18,373 nt of DNA. Origin: Chlamydiales bacterium (GTDB lineage: Bacteria; Chlamydiota; Chlamydiia; Chlamydiales; JBDQID01). The DNA is taken from contig JBLFWS010000057.1 in NCBI GenBank assembly GCA_047611865.1, positions 1-18,373 on the forward strand, in the 5' to 3' direction. Shown piece by piece: positions 15,401 through 18,373 of the stretch. The notes below the pieces were generated by a model. That model ran no database searches and was not told where the DNA came from. It saw only the letters and a program-made list of their open reading frames with translations. Within the stretch, counting starts at the first letter, position 1. Each line of letters opens with the position of its first letter. The translations under genes were made by a program, and so were the position numbers.

Positions 15401-17167
15401 AGTGGTATTCCACCCTATGTCTTCGATGAAGTGCAAAGTATGGCTCAGACTAAGTTCCAATACCAGTCTCGAGAAGATGTATTTAGCACTGTGATGCGTT
15501 ATGCCCGAGAGCTTTTAGAAGAGGATCTTGAGTCATACCCAGAAGTTAGCAGATTGTATGAGAACTTTAATCCAAGAGCAGTTAGGAGGCTTTTTGCAGA
15601 GCTTTCTCCTGACCATTGCCATGTTACATTGATGGCTCGGCCAGAAGTTACAGGGATTAAAACAGATAGAGTAGAAAAATGGGTAGGTGTCGAATATACC
15701 ATGCAGCCAATTCCAGAAAGGAAACTTACGGCATGGTATAATGTTGAGGCACATACAAATATTGACCTTCCTCTTCCAAACCCTTTTATTCCGGAAGATT
15801 TAAAGATACTGAACCGTCCAACCATTGTTCAGGCTCCTCCTATAACTATTGTTGATGAGGAAGAAGGAAAAGTACACTTTTCTGCTGATACAAGATACCT
15901 GGTACCTGAGATTGCTTGGCATTTCAGAATTTCAACACCAGAGCTTGATGGACAGACAGAGAATAACATTTTGGCAGATCTTTACGTAAAGTCCATTAAA
16001 GAAGGGTTTAACTCTGTAAGTTATCAAGGCTTGCTTGCAGGATTATTTTTAGATGTCTCCCATAAGAATACTTATATCGAAGTGAGCTTGCAGGGTTACA
16101 GTGAGAAAGCCAAACTTATGCTCGAAGAAATTTTTGATGGCTTGAAGACGATCAAGCCTACTGAGGCAGAGTTTGAACTCTATAGGCAGTCACTGAGACG
16201 CCAGTATCAGAACTTTACCAAGGAATCTCCATTACAGCAAAGTAAGGAAATTTTGGAAAGCGTTCTCTATGAAGATTACACGACGATGGAGAAAAAAGCA
16301 GAAAATATCGATTACATAAGTTATGAAGATTTTCTGGCGTTTACTGAGACCCTTTATAAGAGTTCTTACGTAGAGGGAATGCTCTACGGTAATATGGTAG
16401 CTTCTGAAGTTCGTGATATCTGGGAAGATACGAAATCTAAATTTACAGGTTTCCCTTATCCAGTATCAAAACACAATAGACAAGAATTGCTAGTACTTCC
16501 ACAGTCTGTTGGACCTTTTTACATAGTGGAAAAAACTGAAAGACAAGGTAATGCAGTCCTTCTTATGTTGCAGAACGGGCCCTTTTCCTTTAAGAACCGA
16601 GCTGCTCAGCAACTTCTTTCAAGCGGACTACAGGAACCATTTTTCAGTACTCTGAGAACTAAGCAGCAGACAGGTTACATAGTATGGAATTGGGAAAGGG
16701 AAATTGAAAGACAGCTGTATTCGTTTTTTGCAGTACAATCTAATACTCATAACGTTCGTGATTTACTTGCTCGCTTTGAATTGTTCTTGGAATCATTTCT
16801 CCAGGAGTTTACAAGTGAAGAGTTTCCTGATGACCGTTTCGGTGTGATGAAGCAAGCGCTGATTACTCAGCTGACACAACCACGAAAGAATCTTCAGGAA
16901 ATGGGAATGCATCTTAAAACTCTTGCATTTGACTATGGAGGGGATTTTGATTGGTTAGGGAAGCGCATTCAAGGCGTTGAAGAATTGACTTATCCTGAAT
17001 TCCTGGACCTAGCGAGGGATTTCATTGGGCGTTCAAATAAACAGCGCTTAGCCATTCTTATGAAAGGGACGCTGCCGGAAGAGAATTCATTCTACTATTA
17101 CAGAGTGAACACTTCTAACCAGATGCGAACTATTAGTAATTATGTTCCACGTGAAGCAGCTCGATAA
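12434..17167 (+). CDS. ptr: Insulinase/pitrilysin (M16A) zinc metallopeptidase with signal peptide and a long acidic N-terminal extension
   Basis: Inverzincin motif GLAHFVEHMLFLG (HxxEH, 14531-14545), NAYT, and C-terminal FFSTLRTKQQTGYIV. Start placed at ATG 12434 because AAGGGG lies 8 nt upstream and it yields a signal peptide (MNTSKR...PLMA). The ORF is open from 12389. Confidence 0.9.
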   Translation: MNTSKRYLWIITVLGIAWTTSPLMALELPFYWMNESDGESDQKESVQELNRDQDSPRELTAKEVRESKPAFTKFELQNYLVKNSSTDEEGSTILFDFEDELKATEESLRAANEKEKEKEENNEIAVLENADDSKSSNDYFAEYDQFLLESDILTSPEDSSEANEPVELLTGSEQIEENGDFQAPRIDSQKNNETASAFDNENFGFDSSVFIKSPEKEEEGINSQSDSKFVDLDSTAKVDKYDDTENLFTESKTVSLERDFSTQDLEANPTETERALSESKELMKDSDLLLLETEKLFVERQDRIEEKEKLSREFEGVDDTSIVENVEQALESNTELAESEEGLLEQNSNTDLNFFSDSEKTAEEPKEYLFEDASFDSGSKSFEFEDDLFTNSQQEEVSIEFEKGLTTTIENSPILSIVESDLQEAELGDQNKGLSLGLEKDSVDDIFEIAPSSQDENHLFSSEEELSIEPEELVLETQNESSDSEDILTESDQLLIESDLLLSETDKLFSEREEVEAEVFEEEVPQPLFEEEFAVHPTFEIENDTTTEEAAVIETSNISIGEIPPAPLSISVEEANISKPTAEASSDSSIYEQSLFVETKWPDYSNEGKAELRAATKEEKKTEVEAVVTQVTPAYTIVEDKMKTPILTPSLVERKTLKLRLSNGLEAYIISDPDVNNSGAALAVEAGSWLDPEDRPGLAHFVEHMLFLGTSQFPDESEYKSFIQGHNGHSNAYTSGDHTTYGFSIDNDSFEEGFERFAWLFIDPLFSESGIGRELQAVDQEFARSIENDRVRRVFVHKEIGNRYHPDTNFHFGNHQSLGGITREEVREWYEGHYSADLMRLVIYTPLPLSKVENLVVKHFTAVKNTGAKAISPQTTLTSPTYDANIAYITPMKDMSTLSLEWELSTEFALDKENKTMDVVAHVLGHEGEESLLAQLKREELGESLIASGVNVGPNNAIFNLEIKLTDKGIHDVDSVIERCFQAISYFKSSGIPPYVFDEVQSMAQTKFQYQSREDVFSTVMRYARELLEEDLESYPEVSRLYENFNPRAVRRLFAELSPDHCHVTLMARPEVTGIKTDRVEKWVGVEYTMQPIPERKLTAWYNVEAHTNIDLPLPNPFIPEDLKILNRPTIVQAPPITIVDEEEGKVHFSADTRYLVPEIAWHFRISTPELDGQTENNILADLYVKSIKEGFNSVSYQGLLAGLFLDVSHKNTYIEVSLQGYSEKAKLMLEEIFDGLKTIKPTEAEFELYRQSLRRQYQNFTKESPLQQSKEILESVLYEDYTTMEKKAENIDYISYEDFLAFTETLYKSSYVEGMLYGNMVASEVRDIWEDTKSKFTGFPYPVSKHNRQELLVLPQSVGPFYIVEKTERQGNAVLLMLQNGPFSFKNRAAQQLLSSGLQEPFFSTLRTKQQTGYIVWNWEREIERQLYSFFAVQSNTHNVRDLLARFELFLESFLQEFTSEEFPDDRFGVMKQALITQLTQPRKNLQEMGMHLKTLAFDYGGDFDWLGKRIQGVEELTYPEFLDLARDFIGRSNKQRLAILMKGTLPEENSFYYYRVNTSNQMRTISNYVPREAAR

Positions 17168-17174
17168 GTTAATT

Positions 17175-17217
17175 ATTAGCATGGGCTTAGCTCTTCTATG
17201 AGAAAAGCCCAGCTGAT
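17175..17217. terminator. Hairpin between convergent ptr and the IS (possible terminator)
   Basis: TGGGCTT (17182-17188) pairs with AAGCCCA (17205-17211), with an inner CTC/GAG stem and an outer ATTAGC/GCTGAT extension. Confidence 0.4.
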
Positions 17218-17239
17218 TATGGCCTTGTTGCACTATTCC

Positions 17240-17266
17240 ACCGCCGAGATCACAGAGGACACAGAG
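17240..17266 (+). repeat. Single arm of the CACAGAG repeat inside the IS right end
   Basis: ACCGCCGAGATCACAGAGGACACAGAG is 25/27 identical to 11800-11826. Confidence 0.85.
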
Positions 17267-17274
17267 GAGGGGAT

Positions 17275-18234
17275 TTAAGCTACTAGCCATTCTCCTTCTG
17301 GCATGCCTAGTCTTGCCATCACATTTAAAGCTTCGCATTTTGCTTTCGTTTCAGCCTTTTGATTATCTATCCCCCTAGATGTTAAGGAACTACCAAACAA
17401 CTGTTTAAAACGAAACATTGCAGTTTCAGAAAGGGAACGGCGGTGATAACCTTTTAATTTTTTCCAAAGTTTACGAGCATCTTCATCTCCACCAAGCCCT
17501 AAAATTTCTAAATACGCATCATTTCTTGCCTGCATATGTGGCGGAACATTTTGACGAAAAATTGCATTTCTTTGAGGGGGAACAATCAGTGCCGAACCGT
17601 GTTGATCACTCGCTTCATAACAACCTTCTGTATCGTAGGCACCATCTCCATAAGTACGTTCAATTGTTTCTGGAGCCGCTTTGAGAAACTCAGGATAAAC
17701 TTCACAATCTGCTACAGAGTTTTCTGTGAGAATCTCAAAAATAATTTCGTTGGAATCCGGACAAACTGCAAGGTGGAGCTTTCTCCAAGTGCGCCGTTTA
17801 CTATATCCATGCTGCCGAACCTTCCATTCACCTTCCCCATATACTTTCAAACCAGTTGAGTCAATCACTAAATCTGTCACATTTCTCTCTGAAAGTTTAC
17901 TAAGTTCTTGACCTAAAGATTTAGCTCTCCTGCAAATTTGGGTATAGCTCGGTATTGGAAGAACAATACCTATTAACAAGACGATAGAGGTCAGAAATCC
18001 CTGAAGACCCCTTAGGGGAAGGTGGAATACCGAACGAATCATTAACGCTGTGAGGATTGCGTCATTGGAATAAATTGTGGGGTGTCCCTTTTTTCCCTCT
18101 TCCTTATCAGCAAGCCATTTTTCGATAGCATCTTCTGAAAGCCAAACGGTTATGCTTCCTCTTTGAATGAGAGATTTGTTATACTCTTTCCAGTTTCGGA
18201 TGCGGTATCGACCTTTATTTTTCATTTCGATCAT
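17275..18234 (-). CDS. IS5-family (IS903 group) DDE transposase, apparently intact
   Basis: NWKEYNKSLIQRGSITVW, IDSTGLKVYGEGEW, RRTWRKLHLA, GDGAYD and YHRRSLSETAMFRFK (DDE triad and Y-R-E-K motif). The start may be 18225. Confidence 0.95.
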   Translation of the reverse strand: MIEMKNKGRYRIRNWKEYNKSLIQRGSITVWLSEDAIEKWLADKEEGKKGHPTIYSNDAILTALMIRSVFHLPLRGLQGFLTSIVLLIGIVLPIPSYTQICRRAKSLGQELSKLSERNVTDLVIDSTGLKVYGEGEWKVRQHGYSKRRTWRKLHLAVCPDSNEIIFEILTENSVADCEVYPEFLKAAPETIERTYGDGAYDTEGCYEASDQHGSALIVPPQRNAIFRQNVPPHMQARNDAYLEILGLGGDEDARKLWKKLKGYHRRSLSETAMFRFKQLFGSSLTSRGIDNQKAETKAKCEALNVMARLGMPEGEWLVA

Positions 18235-18373
18235 CTAGTTTTTTCTGCAAAATTTAGAGTATTGAGCCATAGAGAACAAGGTTTGAACTGCTCCATTTTT
18301 TTATGAACGCCGATTCAATTCTGAAGTGGGGGGAATATGTTAGCGGGGTGGGGGGGGGGGGATTTCAGCCCGA

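Larger units (their letters stand above)
17221..18373 (-). mobile_element. IS5-family insertion sequence, IS903 group; left end apparently outside the window
   Basis: Terminal sequence GGCCTTGTTGCACTATTC at 17221 resembles the IS903-type IR (GGCTTTGTTG...) and lies 54 nt beyond the transposase stop. No convincing partner IR is present up to 18373. Confidence 0.8.

Noticed and set aside
17087..17911. ORFs 17087-17338, 17418-17684, 17536-17859 and 17726-17911
   Set aside because: They overlap ptr, the IS end or the transposase and show no independent coding evidence.
18268..18283. CATAGAGAACAAGGTT as the left IR of the IS
   Set aside because: Only a 7-bp core (CCTTGTT) matches the right IR and the terminal GG is missing. 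The true left end more likely lies beyond the window.

Overview
AT-rich chromosomal segment, most likely from an environmental member of the phylum Chlamydiota. This is inferred from the protein families and from two gene orders I recall from Chlamydia: ftsL-pbp3-murE-amiA and plsX-rpmF-DUF177 // RNase G/E-plant-type G3P acyltransferase-ptr. The left half is a minus-strand run: DUF177, rpmF, plsX, ftsL, ftsI/pbp3, murE, amiA. The right half is on the plus strand: an unknown 2-TM protein, an orphan soluble histidine kinase, RNase G/E, G3P acyltransferase and a very large insulinase-family protease, followed by a convergent IS5-family (IS903 group) element that runs off the window end. The most unusual content is: (1) a 166-bp near-perfect palindromic element where rsmH would normally precede ftsL; (2) a nested MITE-like structure with a CACAGAG-repeat palindrome inside a 21-bp-TIR element; (3) one arm of that CACAGAG repeat inside the right end of the IS; (4) a ~600-aa acidic, heptad-repeat-containing N-terminal extension on Ptr; (5) a two-gene membrane protein/orphan kinase module. 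No database searches were possible, so novelty is not established for any of these.
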